This document shows positions 25,007 through 39,145 of a stretch of DNA of 64,000 nt, piece after piece; position 1 is the stretch's first letter; each line of letters opens with the position of its first letter. The translations under genes were made by a program, and so were the position numbers. The DNA is taken from NCBI GenBank assembly GCA_964016885.1, contig OZ024740.1, forward strand, positions 395,622,001 through 395,686,000. The letters run 5' to 3'. Source of the stretch: Eledone cirrhosa. Lineage: Eukaryota. The notes below the pieces were generated by a model. That model ran no database searches. It saw only the letters and a program-made list of their open reading frames with translations, and was not told where the DNA came from.

Positions 25007-25634
25007 CATGTCTGTGGGAGTTTTTCTTTCTTTGCTCATGGCAGCAAGCAATACAGTAAGACTTAATCAATATTTAACATATTAAAGACATATTATCTTC
25101 TGTACTCACAGCCTAATAGCTTACTCACCTTCATACACAAACACACACACTCAAGCAAACACACATACACACAAACACAGTTGCTCAAATGCACACAAAA
25201 ACACATTCACTTGCATACAAACACACTCATAAGCATACATATATGTGCTAACACACACACTACTCTATACATACATGTACAGATATCTGAATTTGCTCAT
25301 GCATATACGGAAATGTAATAAAAAGAGGAAAAAATAGATTCTCCATCTATTTCTACGATGAGTGTTCCAATTTTTCAATTAACTGAGCTTCCTAATCATT
25401 AAATGATATTGTAAGTGACTGCATATTCCACAGACATTTGTACCATTAATATAATCCTGAACCAAACTCAATACAACACAATGTGTGACAAGGCTCAGCC
25501 TTTGAATTTCAGTTACAGTCCATCTGATCAGCTTCTTCACAATTTCTATCTACCCAGTTTTACTTATAAAGCTTAAATCAACCCTAGGCTATGGCAGAAG
25601 GCACTTGCCTCCAGATGCCACAAAGAGAGATTAA

Positions 25635-25855
25635 CCCTTTAGCATTTACATTACTCTATATTTACTATTGTATTTTCATAGTAAAGGCTTTATTTCACAT
25701 AATCATCTCACATAATATTGAATCTATGAGATTTTGATATTATTTACTTTGAGAACAATACCTTAACATAAATATGAGCAACCAGTTATGGTTGGTTTGT
25801 ACAGAATGAGGTGAAAGAATTCTGGCTGAGTATGGCCGGCTTAAATGCTAAAGGT
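25635..25855. mobile_element. piggyBac-type MITE
   Basis: TTAA-CCCTTTAGCATTTA...TAAATGCTAAAGGT-TTAA. A related copy lies at 32196-32434. Confidence 0.75.
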
Positions 25856-26659
25856 TTAAACTCAGGACTTCATGATTAGGAAGTGAACTTCTTAACCATT
25901 TGGCTAAGTCTACATCCATTTACATATGCATGCACCCACATATATTCACCTTGTACACATACACACACACATGCACAAAATACAGGCATATTGATTCCCA
26001 AATACAGATACATTCATATATGCATTGCTATAGATTCTTATATACATTTATATTCATATACATACATGTGTGTGTGTGCATGTGTGTGTACCTGAATATG
26101 TGTATGAGCATATGAATAGAAACTTCTATGCACATGCAGAAATAATCATGCACACACACACACACACACATACACACAAACACAGAGAGAGAAAGAGGTA
26201 AAGAAACTCCCACATGCAGAGAGATTTATACAAATAAAGATATAAAAAGGGCCCACATGCAGAGACACTTAAGAATGCAACTATAGACAGTAGGCTGTAC
26301 TACACATGCACAACATATTACATCTGAACTAAAAATATCATAAACTAAAAATTGAAATATAACAGCAATAAACAAAAACAAAGGAAATTAGACATAAAAA
26401 GAGAAAATATTACAGATTTAACTGAAAATAGAGACTAGTCATAGAAAGAAAATATTTTATTTATATGCCTGTATCTCTTTCTTTCTCCCCCCCCCCCCTT
26501 TCTCCCTCACTCTCTCTCCCTCACCTCTCTCTCTCCCTCACCTCTCTCTCTCCCTCACTCTCTCCCTCTCCCTCACTCTCTCTCTCTCCCTCACTCTCTC
26601 TCCCCCGCTCTCTCCCTCCATCTCTCTGTCTCCCCTCTCTCTGTCTCCCCCTCTCTCTC

Positions 26660-28700
26660 TCTTTTTGTTGTTCCCAAAAGTGTTGTTTTCTGCAATGTCA
26701 TAATTCTGGGGCTGATTCCAATTCTATCAAGGTTTTTTTTTAAGGTTCTCTGTCCCCGGCACAAGTGCTCCAATCACAATTGATACCACCCTTACTTTCA
26801 ATTTAGAGTACTTGGTGGTATTTTCAACCTCTTACAATATTCATGTCATGTGGCTGTGTCTATGATCTGACAGTATTTCTCTGTCTTGTTCAATATGTCA
26901 ATGTCTGGTCAGCGATGCTCAATTAATCTATCACTCTGAAAATCATAATCCCAGAATATTGTTGTTTTCTCATCCTCCTGCATTACCTTACAAATCACAT
27001 GCTCATACCATTCTCTATTACTTTGTATTGATATTTATGACATAACAGCCAATGCAGGTACAAACAAACTTTATCATAGTGACGCTTGTATTCATTTTTG
27101 TGCAAGGCTCTCACATTCACTTACCGAGTGGGTTCTATTTTCACTTTTGGGTGTCAGAGATTTTGTAGATATTATACTTCACCAAATTGGTAGCAAGAGC
27201 TTGATCAGTGGTATGCTTTAAATTGCCTTGCTTAAGCCATGTCCATGATGTTTTATCTTTGATATCCTGTATATTTAAATAATAAGGAAATTATTGTGTA
27301 CAGTGCTCAGGTGCACTACAACTGCGCTTGCATTCTTATTTCTTGAAGATCTTTTCTCTTTTCTTCAGCTCTGATTGAATTCTTCCTTGCCAACCATTTC
27401 ATCTACATTTATACCAATATCTTTTAGCTACATATTGCAACAATTCTTTGTCACTGTCTACCAGATATCCTGCAAGCAATCTCCTTTTACCCCTTATACA
27501 ATAATCCACACTGATGAGACCTACCACCATTCTTTCTCTTCATGTATAGTCCATCTATATTTGCTTTAGGGCATCAATCTCTGTATATTGTCATTAACAT
27601 TCTCCTCTTTCTATCCAACTTTGCTGGTTCTTCTTCAGTCCACCTGAGAATGGACACACTATATCTAACCATGGCAACTGCCCAGATATTCTTTGCTGTG
27701 ACTTGATTTCTCACATTCAGGTTGGATTTTAAAATCATTTTTATTCTATTTAAATATGTCTCGCTAACCTTTTCTTTCAATTCTGCATGTAAAATATCAT
27801 CCAGTTCTAAATTCCCCAAATACTTATATCCACTATCTTCTAATTTCCCTATGGTTTCTGGTCATCCATAAAGAGAAGATAATTTATGAGTGGTCCTATC
27901 TTTCCACATTGTCACCCCTTTTAACTTTCTTAAGTATCAATGTTATAGGTATAAGAGCAATGACAGATAGTAATGGTGAAAAGGAGTCACTTTGGAAGAT
28001 ACCCCTTTTTATTTCTATTTTTCCAAGTCAATCCAATATAGACATGTTGGTATGATATTTTTTTACAATGCCTCAAAATGTATTATTGATCACTAGATGA
28101 GCTTTGGTACCCTGAGATCTTCTCTGTCATCCTTTTTGTACCCTTGGTAATGTTCCTTCCTGTAAAAGAAAAGTATGTGCCTTCTCTGAAAATATCCCAG
28201 GAAGTACTTTCCACAATATGTTCAGGCATGCTGGACAGGTACCTCTCTGGACACATTCCTTCAATTGAGTTGCCAGTCTTTCAAGAACTGCATTGCATTT
28301 CTTCAAGCAAAAGCCATGGATCCCATCTGGGCTGGGAACTTTCCTGTGTGGTACCTTGGCCATTTAATCCTTCACATCAACTGTGCTTATAATAATGTCT
28401 CTTTGTCTATTTCCTCCTCGTAATTCTGTCTTGATGGTATGGAAGAAGTGTTTTGGATTATTTTGGAACAATCTATTCTCATCACACTGCTTATTTCTGT
28501 TCACATATCTTCTCATCTTTTGGTTTCTGGCAAAAACGTTTTTTAACTGCTCCATTACTGTATAGAATCCATTCTTCTGTATTTCATACTTCTTGTCTAA
28601 TGTCTCACGATCAGTCTTTTTTTCTGTTTTTCCATTTTTTCTCTAAACCATTGCTCAATTTTTCCTAAATCTTGCCCTAACAGCAATATGTTATTGTTTA
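26660..28700 (-). mobile_element. Heavily decayed R4/Dong-like LINE (RT + RLE)
   Basis: Fragments RRYVNRNKQCDENRLF, PSPDGIHGF, YLNRIKMILKSNLN..N...WAVAMVRYS, and ILWDYDFQSDRLIEHR.PDI near 26.9 kb. Confidence 0.8.
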
Positions 28701-29321
28701 ATGTATTGTTTCCATCATGGTGCTTTTGCCTTACTCTGCTTTGTTTTCATCTGACCATTGTGTCTTTCCCCAGGTTTTATCTCATCCAACTAGAGTGTCT
28801 GCTCTTTCATATCATGCAGAAGTGACATGTTCTACTCATCAGGCAGTCCATCTGCTGTTAACATCTATTGTGCAGAATACATTCCATAGCTATTGCACAG
28901 AGAGCACTGGGCAAATACTGTCAAACATTCTATCAAATACTCAAAGAACTTTGTCAATTTGCTGCTTAGTTAAGTACTGAGGTCGATTTAATTGACTTTA
29001 CCTTCTACCATCTCCCACTTAATAGGCCTGGTGCCTTTGAAACCTTTGTTAGGTCATAGTTATAATGCCTTTCATCAAAATCATTGTTCAGTGACCTTTG
29101 CAATCTGAGAGCACATGTATAAGAAAAGACTTTGATGCTCCTAACCAAATGATGAAAGAGTGAAGAAATAATTAATTCTCATCATCATCAGCATTATCAT
29201 CATCATCACCATAGGAAGAAGAGCCAGCTTATATATCTAATAGTTGACAAAATGGCTCATAAATATTTATTTTAACACAGCCTGTACTATTTTTTTCTTC
29301 TGTTATATTTGTTAGTCTGAT

Positions 29322-29670
29322 GGAGGCACATGGCTTAGTGGTTAGAGCATTGGCCTTGCAATCGAAAGGTTGTGAGTTCAATTCTCAGACCGGGTGATGT
29401 GTTGTTTCCTTGAGTAAGACACTTTATTGCACATTGCTCCAGTTTACTCAGCTGTAGAAATGAGATGATAGTAGGGACTGGGGTCCATATCATTCCACTG
29501 CAAAGTGGTCGTGGAGGTGCCACGGCAAAAACGCACCCAGCACTCACTGTAAATGAGGTTGGTGTTAGGAAGGGCATCCAGCTGTAGAAATCAAGCTAGA
29601 ATCAGTTTCCGTCCCACCCTTGCAAGCAGGGAAAATACGGACGTAAAATGATGATGATGATGATGATGAT
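29322..29670 (+). mobile_element. Full-length CORE-type SINE with RTE-A tail
   Basis: GGAGGCACATGGCTTAGTGG (A box), GAGTTCAATTC (B box), CORE-like segment, GGAAGGGCATCC motif and (TGA)n tail. Confidence 0.88.
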
Positions 29671-30566
29671 CTAAAGAAAAAGACACCTTGTGTAACCATT
29701 TTCATTGTCTTCTTAGTCTGAGAGATAACAGCAACTTTGCTTGAGGTTAACACACAGCTAATGTTCAATGTATGTGTGTATGAGAGAGAAAGAGAGCGAG
29801 AGATTGAGACACACAGACCAATAGATAGATAGAAGTGGGAATTTGGTTCTAAGGGAGAAACATCAATCAAGATGGTTGTGTGAGATATTTGAGAAAGATA
29901 CAATGGATAAAAATGGTGAATGGAAAGGAAAACCAATTCACAAATATAAACCAACATTCAACAAAATTCTATGTATCTATATCTTGAGTTGAGACTTTAT
30001 GGCTGTTTCAATTCCCAACAGAAGCTAATTAATATTAGTTATATTGCTAATGACTTTGAGAAAAGTTGGAATGCTAAATTTTACACACAAACACTTATTA
30101 ACCAATCAATTTTTTTAATTCCCATTTTTTCAACATATACATTGACGCCAATGCTTGCACACAAATGCACACACATAAAAATGCACATACATGTGTGTAA
30201 ACTCATATACAAACTCATATAGACACACAAATAAATGCAAAAATACTCTCACACACACAGAAACAACATATGCATAGTGAAGATATATAAAAAGACACCT
30301 ATACAATAGCATGGGTTGATACCTTGCATATTAAACTGTCTGAGGTTCAAATAGAGTCAGGTTGATACTGCAGTGATGGTATTCATGCATCAATAACAGC
30401 AGCAGCTACAACAACAACTGCAACAAAAAAATCAACAAAACTAAAGTATGATCAGCAACAAAATGGTAAATTACCTACATAGGCACAAGACCATAAATCT
30501 TTGGGGAAGGAGAATTGCTGATTATATAATATCTTAGTATTTCACTAGTACATATTAATCCTCTGT

Positions 30567-30885
30567 GAAGACACATGGTTTAGTGGTTAGGGCATCAGGC
30601 TTACAATCATGAGATTTGAGTTCAAGTCTCAGACCAGGCTTTGCGTTGTTCTTGAGCAAGACACTTTATGTCTGTCATGTTGCTCCAGTTTACTTAGCTG
30701 GTGCCAAGCTGTATCAGCCATTACCTTTCCCTTCAACAACATCAGTGGTGTGGAAAGAGGAGACTAACATGCATGGGCAACTGCTGGTCTTCCACAAATA
30801 ATCTTGACTGGACTTGTGCCTCGGAGGGGAACTTTCTAGGGGCAAATTTCATGGTCATTTGTGACCAAAGGGGGTCTTTAGCCTT
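30567..30885 (+). mobile_element. Older CORE-type SINE with a different 3' part
   Basis: TGGTTTAGTGG, GAGTTCAAGTC and CTTGAGCAAGACACTT. Lacks the RTE module. Confidence 0.7.
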
Positions 30886-31069
30886 ATTAATCCTCAACCA
30901 TTGAAAAGATGAAATGCAAAGTTAAGCAGGATTTGAACTTATAAATTATGCATCTAAAATTCTAAGTCATTATATCCAAAGTTCTAATGATTCAATCACT
31001 ATATCCCTCACTCCTCCCATACAGCAACAAAAATATTGATTTCTAAAATATGTCACTCTCACAAATTTA

Positions 31070-32038
31070 AGATCCCGCCGAGGTTAACTTTGCCTTTCAT
31101 CCTTACGGGGTCGATAAAATAAAGTACCAGTAATGTACTGGGTAATTGCTGGCCTTGTGCCTAAAGTAGAAACAATTATTATATTGACAACAGTGCTTGA
31201 CAGATACTTTATTTTAAGTACAGGAGGATGAAAAGCAAAGTTGACTTTAGTGAGATTTTAAACTCAGAGTTTAAAACACCATAATTAAATACTGCTCGAC
31301 ATTTTGTTTGATCACTCAACCCTCTCTACTACTACAAGAATATTAAAATTAACAACACAAATAACAATGCATATACATACACACATATCATGATCATCGT
31401 TAAATGAGGAAAATGATGATATACATCTGTGTGTGTGTGTGTATACATATGCGTATGCACATACTTATATATGTATTGGTATATTTGTAAGACTGTGAAT
31501 TAGCAGAGTTGTTAGAACGTCAGATAGAATGGCAGAGTCGTTAGAACGTCAGATAGAATGCTTTATGGTATTCATTCCGACTCTCTGCTTTCTGAGGTCA
31601 ACTTTGCCTTTCAGCCATTCGAGGTCGATAAAAAAAAAAGTACCAGTCTAGTACTGGGGTCAATTCTTCCTCTATATCTCTTTCTCATTTGCTCTCTCTC
31701 TCACTTTCTATCTTTCTCTGAAAAAAAAACTACTATACTCAAGCCTAGAGAGGGACCGGCTCTGCCAGGCTTTAAAATGCCCAAGAAACGCTGTGTGTCA
31801 ATTCGGTGCCCTTACAATTCCATCAGAAGTAACAGGACCAAACCAACCATGTGTATTTATATGGGTGTATGTACATGTGTGTGTGTGTAGCGTAATGATC
31901 AACCAGAGGAGGGAGAGCATAATTATTAATTACATAATTGTTTCTACTTTTGGCACAAGGCCAGTAATTACCCAGTGTATTACTGGTACTTTATTTTATC
32001 GACCCCCGTAAGGATGAAAGGCAAAGTTAACCTCGGCG
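31070..32038. mobile_element. Meta-type SINE fragments (31070-31180 +, 31500-31665 +, 31935-32038 -)
   Basis: Central-domain motif present in each. Confidence 0.7.
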
Positions 32039-32195
32039 TATTACATAATAGGTTGCCCTATGGTTTCACATACTGACACAAAACTTACATGTTGCAGTTA
32101 GCACTTACCAGTGGCTGTTCATCAGACCTGTTTATATATGACTGACTTGAGATATGACAAAATGTATATTGGCTGTTACATGAATTTATTCTTAA

Positions 32196-32434
32196 CCCTT
32201 TACCATTTACATTACTCTATATATACTGTTATATTTTCATGGTAAAGGCTTTACCTTACATAATTATCTCACATAATATCGGATCTATAAGATTTTGATA
32301 TTATTTATTTTGAAAAAAATACCTTAACATCAGTATGAGTGGCCGGTTATAGTTGGTTTGAACAGAAAGAAGTGAGAGACTTCTGGTCAGATATGGCTGG
32401 TTTAAATGCTAAAAAACTATAAATGGAAAAAGGG
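32196..32434. mobile_element. piggyBac-type MITE
   Basis: TTAA-CCCTTT...AAAGGG-TTAA. Similar to 25635-25855. Confidence 0.75.
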
Positions 32435-32979
32435 TTAACTCCTAATAAATATTAATATAAGTTTCTCCCTTGGTATTCTTCTAAATAATGTGTATTCACA
32501 ATGTCTTAAAATGTATATGTGTAAATGATGAAAGTGCTAGATTCGAAATATGAACAAGCTTTTATAATTATGTTTTAACCCAAGTGATAAACAGTGCTTT
32601 ATTACTTCTTCTGACAGACGTTAAGCAATGATGATGATGGTATATTCTGTATGCTTATACTTATATATATAATCAAAATTAGAATTTTAAATTATTTAAT
32701 TATTACTTTATCTAAAACAATTGATAAAATGTTTGTCAATCTATTTTTACTCCCTGGAGAACCAGTATAACTGCTGCAGCAGCATACATTATAATATTGC
32801 CAGAACAGCATGAAAACCTTTTGTTTTTTTAATTAAGTTTTAGAATTTTTAATCTTTATTTTTATTTGTTGTTTTTCAATTCAATCTTTTCATATATATT
32901 TTAATATTTTTCAAAACTTTTTTCCCAATTAATATTGTCACACTATCTTTTATTTTATATATGTATAAATATACATATA

Positions 32980-33529
32980 CGAGGGGGCTTCAAAACGTTC
33001 ATGGAAAAAGGACAGTTAGAAAAAATGGTTTAAGTTATGATGATTATTTTTCAACATATGTTCCATCAAGGTCAATACACTTCTGCAAGCATTGATACCA
33101 GCTTTTAAGTACATCTGTGTAAAACTGAGGGCCATACGATTTAAACCATGTCAAAGCAACTTTTTCACATCTTCGACTGGGGATCATCTTCAACCTCATC
33201 TCTTCCACTTCTATAATTACATCCATTTGTAGGTTGTTGATTTCTTTGGAGCATTGTCCCCATAAACTTGCTCCAGAGCGTCAATGATTTGGCTGCACTT
33301 CCACCCTAGCTTCACTATGAATTTGACGTTTTGATGGAGACCTTGTTGCTTCAGCATGTGCTGACTTCTGACTGGTGGCACCGCATTGCAACATTCAAGA
33401 ACATGTTATGACATGTTAGAACATGTTATGATACGTTAGTATGAGAACACACAGGAGCATTGAGATCAAAATCCCTGCATATGATTTTTAGCTATGTACT
33501 TTTTCCACACACATTTTGCAGCCACCTTG
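32980..33529 (-). mobile_element. Internally deleted mariner element
   Basis: TA-CGAGGGGGCTTCAAAA...TTTTGCAGCCACCTTG-TA. C-terminal transposase remnant FYTDVLKSWYQCLQKCIDLDGTYVEK. Confidence 0.8.
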
Positions 33530-33603
33530 TATATATATATATATATGTATATAAATATATAGATATGTAAAATCCCAACTGCAGCACCAAGCGGTTTTGG
33601 CTT

Positions 33604-33640
<37 letters not shown>

Positions 33641-33887
33641 AGGTTCGAATCTAACTATTGAAATAGCTGGAGCTGAGTTGTCAGGGTCCTGACTCTTTTC
33701 AAAGTTTTTTTGATGCTTTGGTGTTGTGGCTAGGCTTTCCTGCTACAGTTTTCAATTTGTCCTGCTATGCTATCTAACGTATGCTATTACTCTGAGTACA
33801 GCTCATCAAGTGCTTGGGTGCATAATTCCTGATTGTATTTCGTTGGCTTGGCTACAACTGAAACTTCGATTTTACTAAATTTCCATT

Positions 33888-33938
<51 letters not shown>

Positions 33939-34074
33939 CATACATACAATCATCATCATCACTGTTTAACGTCTATTTTTTTCCATGCTAGCATGGGTTA
34001 AACGAGTTGTCCCATTGTTCACCAGGCTCTCTAGTCTCCAGACATTGCTTCTTCTGATTTCTGGCTGTTCCCAG

Positions 34075-34280
34075 GACATCATAGGGATTGCAACTGTGGA
34101 GCTGAGAGCCATTCCAGAAGAAGCATTCCAGAGCTACTTCAAACAGTGAAAGGATCACTGGGTTAAGTGTATAGAAGTACAAGGGGTCTACTTCAAGGGG
34201 AGTTAACAATTGGACCTCACCAAGTACATTATTCTTTTTTCCTAGCCTAAGGTCGGATGCTTTATCAATGGACCACATAA
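34075..34280 (+). mobile_element. Mariner transposase C-terminal relic
   Basis: AIPEEAFQSYFKQ*KDHWVKCIEVQGVYFKG. Confidence 0.6.
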
Positions 34281-34804
34281 GTATACACACACATACACAC
34301 ATACTTACCCTTGATGAGGATGGTGGCTAAGGTTATAATCTTGATGTTAGTGACAGTCATTATGATCGTGGTAGTGAATGATAGTGGTATATGAGGTGTA
34401 TAAACAAAACAAAATTCATCTTTTCTAAAATCAACAACCTACCCACTCTCATCATATAAATAAATATAGCTGTCATAATCACTCATGAATATATTTTCAA
34501 AATAATGAGGTTTTTGTCAAAAATCTGTCTGTAAATTCATAACAGTTATTATTTATCATTTTTTTTATGAAGAAGGACACAAATAAAAATCTATGAAATT
34601 GATGATCAATTAAGATTTTTAACCCTTTTATTACCCTTTCATTGCCATATTTTACTACCATATTTCTAATAAAAATACACTGGCTATGATTTTCAAATCA
34701 CTTTTAAAATGATAAAGAATTTGGTGAGGTTTAGTAATGTAACTAGCTTTCTCATTATTAAGATGTTTGGAACATAACTTAACAAAAATTCTTACATAAA
34801 ATTA

Positions 34805-34986
34805 TAATTGTTTCTACTTTTGGCACAAGGCCAGCAATTACTCAGTACATTACTGGTACTTTATTTTATCGACCCTGTAAGGATGAAAGGCAAAGTTAAC
34901 CTCGACAGGATTTGAACTCAGATGGCAAGGGCCGTAATTCTATGCATCAAAGCATGGCGCCCGATCCTCTACCGATACTGCCAATT
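34805..34986 (-). mobile_element. Meta-type SINE
   Basis: As 4579-4765. Confidence 0.8.
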
Positions 34987-35709
34987 AGAAAAATATAAAC
35001 ACTTTAAAATAAGCTGTTGAACAATATAACCAAAGACAGTTTAGTATGAAAGTGGTTAAACAGCTGTCAGGAGAGAGCATTTGTAACAACAGCAAAGGAA
35101 TGAGAAGAAGATGTGTTAATAAAGTCATAAACATACAAGCAAGGGAGAGATAAAAAGAGAGAGGGGGTAGAGTGAGCAAATGATAAATGAAAGAGGATGA
35201 AGAATGGGAAGTGAGGCAAGACAGAGTCTGACATGAAGTGACAGGGGAGAAACAATTGATTGTTACATAAAAATGAAAGAAGGGTATGAGAAACAGATAC
35301 ACACCAAACAAACTTTTAGAAACGTATATTTTGATATGTTAAAAATATAAAAGATAAAGAATCCTTAACTCCAGATAGAATTGTATGGATGCCATTCTGG
35401 GTATTTTTGAAAACCTGGCAGAATACATCCCTCCCCAGGTTGGAACATAGCTAATTTTTTTCTGAGAAAGAGAGAGAGGGGAAGAGTACTGGTCTTGGAC
35501 TTTATTTATCAACCTTGAAAGGATGAAATGAAAAGTTGAACTGAAACTACTGTAAGTCAGAACGAATACTGAGGCATTTTTAATCTGATGCTTTAATGAT
35601 CATTATATATATATATATATGCCAAATATCTGCATATTTTGTATTTGTCCATGCATATCTGATGTTGCTATTACTTTATAAATTTGGTTCTTGTTTCTTT
35701 GTTTTACAG

Positions 35710-35760
35710 TTAGTTTGTTTGCTGTGAGCCAAGTCACAGTCTGTAGCAGTGACGTCACAG
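35710..35760 (+). other. Candidate host coding exon (51 nt, phase 1-1)
   Basis: TTGTTTCTTTGTTTTACAG acceptor and CAG|GTGAGT donor. Only one open frame: xSLFAVSQVTVCSSDVT. Confidence 0.5.
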
Positions 35761-35997
35761 GTGAGTGGCATTAAGTTTCATCTTGACCTGTTAGAAATAG
35801 CAGCTAAATCTCTTTTCAATCCCACTCTTTTGTCTTAGAATACAAAAAAGAAAACTCCATTTGATAATGTACTGTTAGATACACTATGGCTTTTAAAAAA
35901 AAAGACAGGATTGTCAAGGGTTGCATCACCTTTCATCATAGTTCAGCTTGGACAGAGATGACCTGGGACTAGACAACAACAACAACTCCACTGTGGA

Positions 35998-36446
35998 ATT
36001 ATGGATGGCATGCCAGAAGTAGGAGGAGAAGTGACATTAGATTAGCAGAAGGAGACAGGGATGGAGTCCCCTTTTCTGATGGCATGCCGGAAGTATCAGA
36101 AAGAGTGACATCACATGAGCAGAAGAGGACTTGTACAGGATCTCTTTCTTGCTGCATTTCTGCCCTGGGCCAAAGCAACCCTCCTTAGTTAATCTGGTGC
36201 TAGTGAGCTTCTTTGCTAGCACCATATTGATGCTGAGCTTGGTGTGGACATCCAATTTCCATAGAAGACCAACCTATTCTCAAACTGGCCTGCCAACCAA
36301 AAAAGAGACCCTGTACTAGTCCTCAGCTGCTCATGTGATGTCACTTCTGATACTTCTGGTATACCACCAGGAAAGAGGTGGGGGGGGGGCATCCCTGTCT
36401 CATCTAATGTCACTCCTCCTGCCTCTTCCAACATGCCACTCATAAC
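35998..36446. mobile_element. Old long-TIR (foldback/MITE) element
   Basis: Arms of about 150 bp, e.g. GTGACATCACATGAGCAG / CTGCTCATGTGATGTCAC and AGTGACATTAGAT / ATCTAATGTCACT. Confidence 0.7.
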
Positions 36447-36587
36447 CTTGCATTCATCACCTTTTGACAAACTTTAATAATGATTCTTCACATTAGTACA
36501 AGGGTCCAGATTTGTGGAAGGCAGGTTTCTAACCTCTTAATTGACCCCCAATGTATGATTGGTATCTATTTTATTGATCTCTCAAAA

Positions 36588-36775
36588 TAATTGTTTCTAT
36601 TTTTGACACAAGTCCAGCAATTATCCCAGTGCATTACTGGTACTTTATTTTATCGACCCCATAAGGATGAAAGGCAAAGTTAACCTCAGCAGGATTTGAA
36701 ATCAGATCATAAAGGATCGTAACTCTATGCTGCAAAGCATGGTGTTCGACCCTCTACTAATAGTGCCAATCCCCC
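36588..36775 (-). mobile_element. Meta-type SINE
   Basis: As 4579-4765. Confidence 0.8.
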
Positions 36776-37394
36776 ACCCTCTCAAAATAATGAAAAATAA
36801 AATCAAACCTAACAGGATACTAACTCAGATTGTAGGCAGTTTGAGACTACATATTCTCAATCATTTAATCAGATAGAGTAAAATCCACAATCCAAGGAAA
36901 TGGGTGATGGTCTGAGATAACAATTAGTTAATAGAAGGATCATGGAATTCACTAAAGTCAGATATTCAACTATTTCTGCCATACTACTGCCATTTAAAAA
37001 AACAACAATAATAATTTTTTTTCTGTTAATGATTGTCCAATCATGTGAAAAGCTTGCTTATTTTATTGATGTAATTAAGATGTTGCCCCAATTGTTGTCA
37101 CTCTCTCTCTAATATTGGATGCCTATTACACTTGGTGAAGTCCTGAAGGACCCATTTTCTACTGCAATAAACTGGAAATAGGAGGTTGAATTTGAGCTCA
37201 AAAAGCAAAGTGCTAGAGTAGATATTGCAAGGCATCTCGTCCTATGCTCTAACAATTCCATCAATTTACTACCCTGGTTTGGTACTATTTTTATGGGTCC
37301 CATAAGAATATGACAAAGTTGACTTTGGTGTGATTTTCAAAACAGAATGCAGAGAGCCAGAACAAATACTGGAAAAGCTTTAGTGATGCTACCT

Positions 37395-37690
37395 TTGCTG
37401 GCAATAAAAGGCATCTCTCTCAACTGATTGGCAGATTTATATGATGCTTGTGTTCAAACTACTATGCTACATAGCAATGAGACATAGGCCTTGGGTGCAA
37501 AAGATCAGATGTACGTGGTTCACTTTGTAGAGTGCTGGAATGTATATAAGTGAGAAGCGAGTCCCAGGCCTGTCTCAGACGTCAGTACTTTTGGTCAAAT
37601 AATGACTTGATCTGTGACAACCTACCTATCCAATGCTTGTTTACAGGGAAAACAGACGTTCAATGATGATGATGATGATTATGATGATGA
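37395..37690 (+). mobile_element. Old RTE 3' relic
   Basis: RLYDACV.T.MLHSNET-like segment and a CAGGGAAAACAGACGTTCAA(TGA)n tail. Confidence 0.6.
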
Positions 37691-37741
37691 TTCTATCCAA
37701 TCGAACTTCTACAAGAAACATCAATAGCAATAATGTATATG

Positions 37742-37780
<39 letters not shown>

Positions 37781-37781
37781 G

Positions 37782-37812
<31 letters not shown>

Positions 37813-37864
37813 TTGTGAATATAAATATATATATATATAGAGAGAGAGAGATAAAATAAGTTAC

Positions 37865-37910
37865 CTGTGTGCCAGATGTCCAAAAACTTAAATGAATAAC
37901 CACATGTAAC
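37865..37910 (-). other. Candidate host exon (46 nt)
   Basis: TTTTTTTCTTTCTAATTAG acceptor and CAG|GTAACT donor. Two open frames. Confidence 0.35.
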
Positions 37911-38507
37911 CTAATTAGAAAGAAAAAAACTGTGAGAGAAAAAAAGAAAAATTGTAACTTTGTCAATTAACCTCTTTTTATTTCTTTTTATTTTCTTTCT
38001 TTATTTATTGTCCGGCTGCACCAAAAATTCTTAACCTCTTCCCAAGCATTAATGAATTGGGTTAATGATTTTTCACAGATTTACAACTTGTTTTTCTTTA
38101 GGTGGGATGGTGGGGTGAGATTTTAGTTGTTGTGTATGTGTGTGAAAGAGAGAGAGAGAGAGAAAGAGACTAAGATAATGAGAGATGGAGAGAAATTTTG
38201 TTTTTTTTCTTTGTATTTTTTTATGTAGCTGTTTCTTTTTATTTATTGTTTTAACTTTTATTTATTTATTATTCTATTATCTTCTTTAAGTTGCTTCTCA
38301 TTAAAAGCTTCAAATTAATTACCTTATCTGTTTACTGATCTAGTAAATTTAAGAGCAGTAGAGAAAATACCACAAATTTTCAGGGTGTATACATGATTTT
38401 AGGATGAAGTATCTGTTAAATATAAAGTCTTTTATGTGAAATCTGAGAAGCTGTGTGTGGAAACCAGTACATAACTTACAAACAATATACTTAATGAATA
38501 TAAAATT

Positions 38508-38678
38508 AATTGTTTCTACTTTTGGTACAAGGCCAGCAATTATTCCAGTGCATTACTGGTATTTTATTTATCGACCCCGTAAGGATGAAAGGCAAAGTTA
38601 ACCTCAACGGGATTTGAACTCAGAATGGCAAGGGCCGTAACTCTATGCATCAAAGCATGGCGTCCAACCCTCTACCGT
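38508..38678 (-). mobile_element. Meta-type SINE
   Basis: As 4579-4765. Confidence 0.8.
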
Positions 38679-38816
38679 AAAACTTCTTAGAACAAGAGGT
38701 ATCCCATGGGGAAAGGATTCATTTAAATTAATTTTTACCAAAAATAAATTTTAGATGACCAAAATATTTTAACATTGATTTTATGACTTTTAGATAAATA
38801 TGTCAGCAGAGTTAAC

Positions 38817-38862
<46 letters not shown>

Positions 38863-39112
38863 TGTATGTATATATATACAGTATATTTATATGTATATAT
38901 ATTTATATATATACTGCATATATATGTATATATATACTATATATATATACTGTATATATATACTATATAAACATGTATATATATATACTGTATAAACATG
39001 TATATATATATATACTGTATATATATATATAATGTATATATATATATATATATATACTGTAAATATTTCTTTATATACTGTATATATATATGTATATATA
39101 TATATGCATATG

Positions 39113-39145
<33 letters not shown>

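Noticed and set aside
29322-29395. tRNA gene
   Set aside because: The A/B boxes belong to a SINE head continuing into CORE and RTE-derived sequence.
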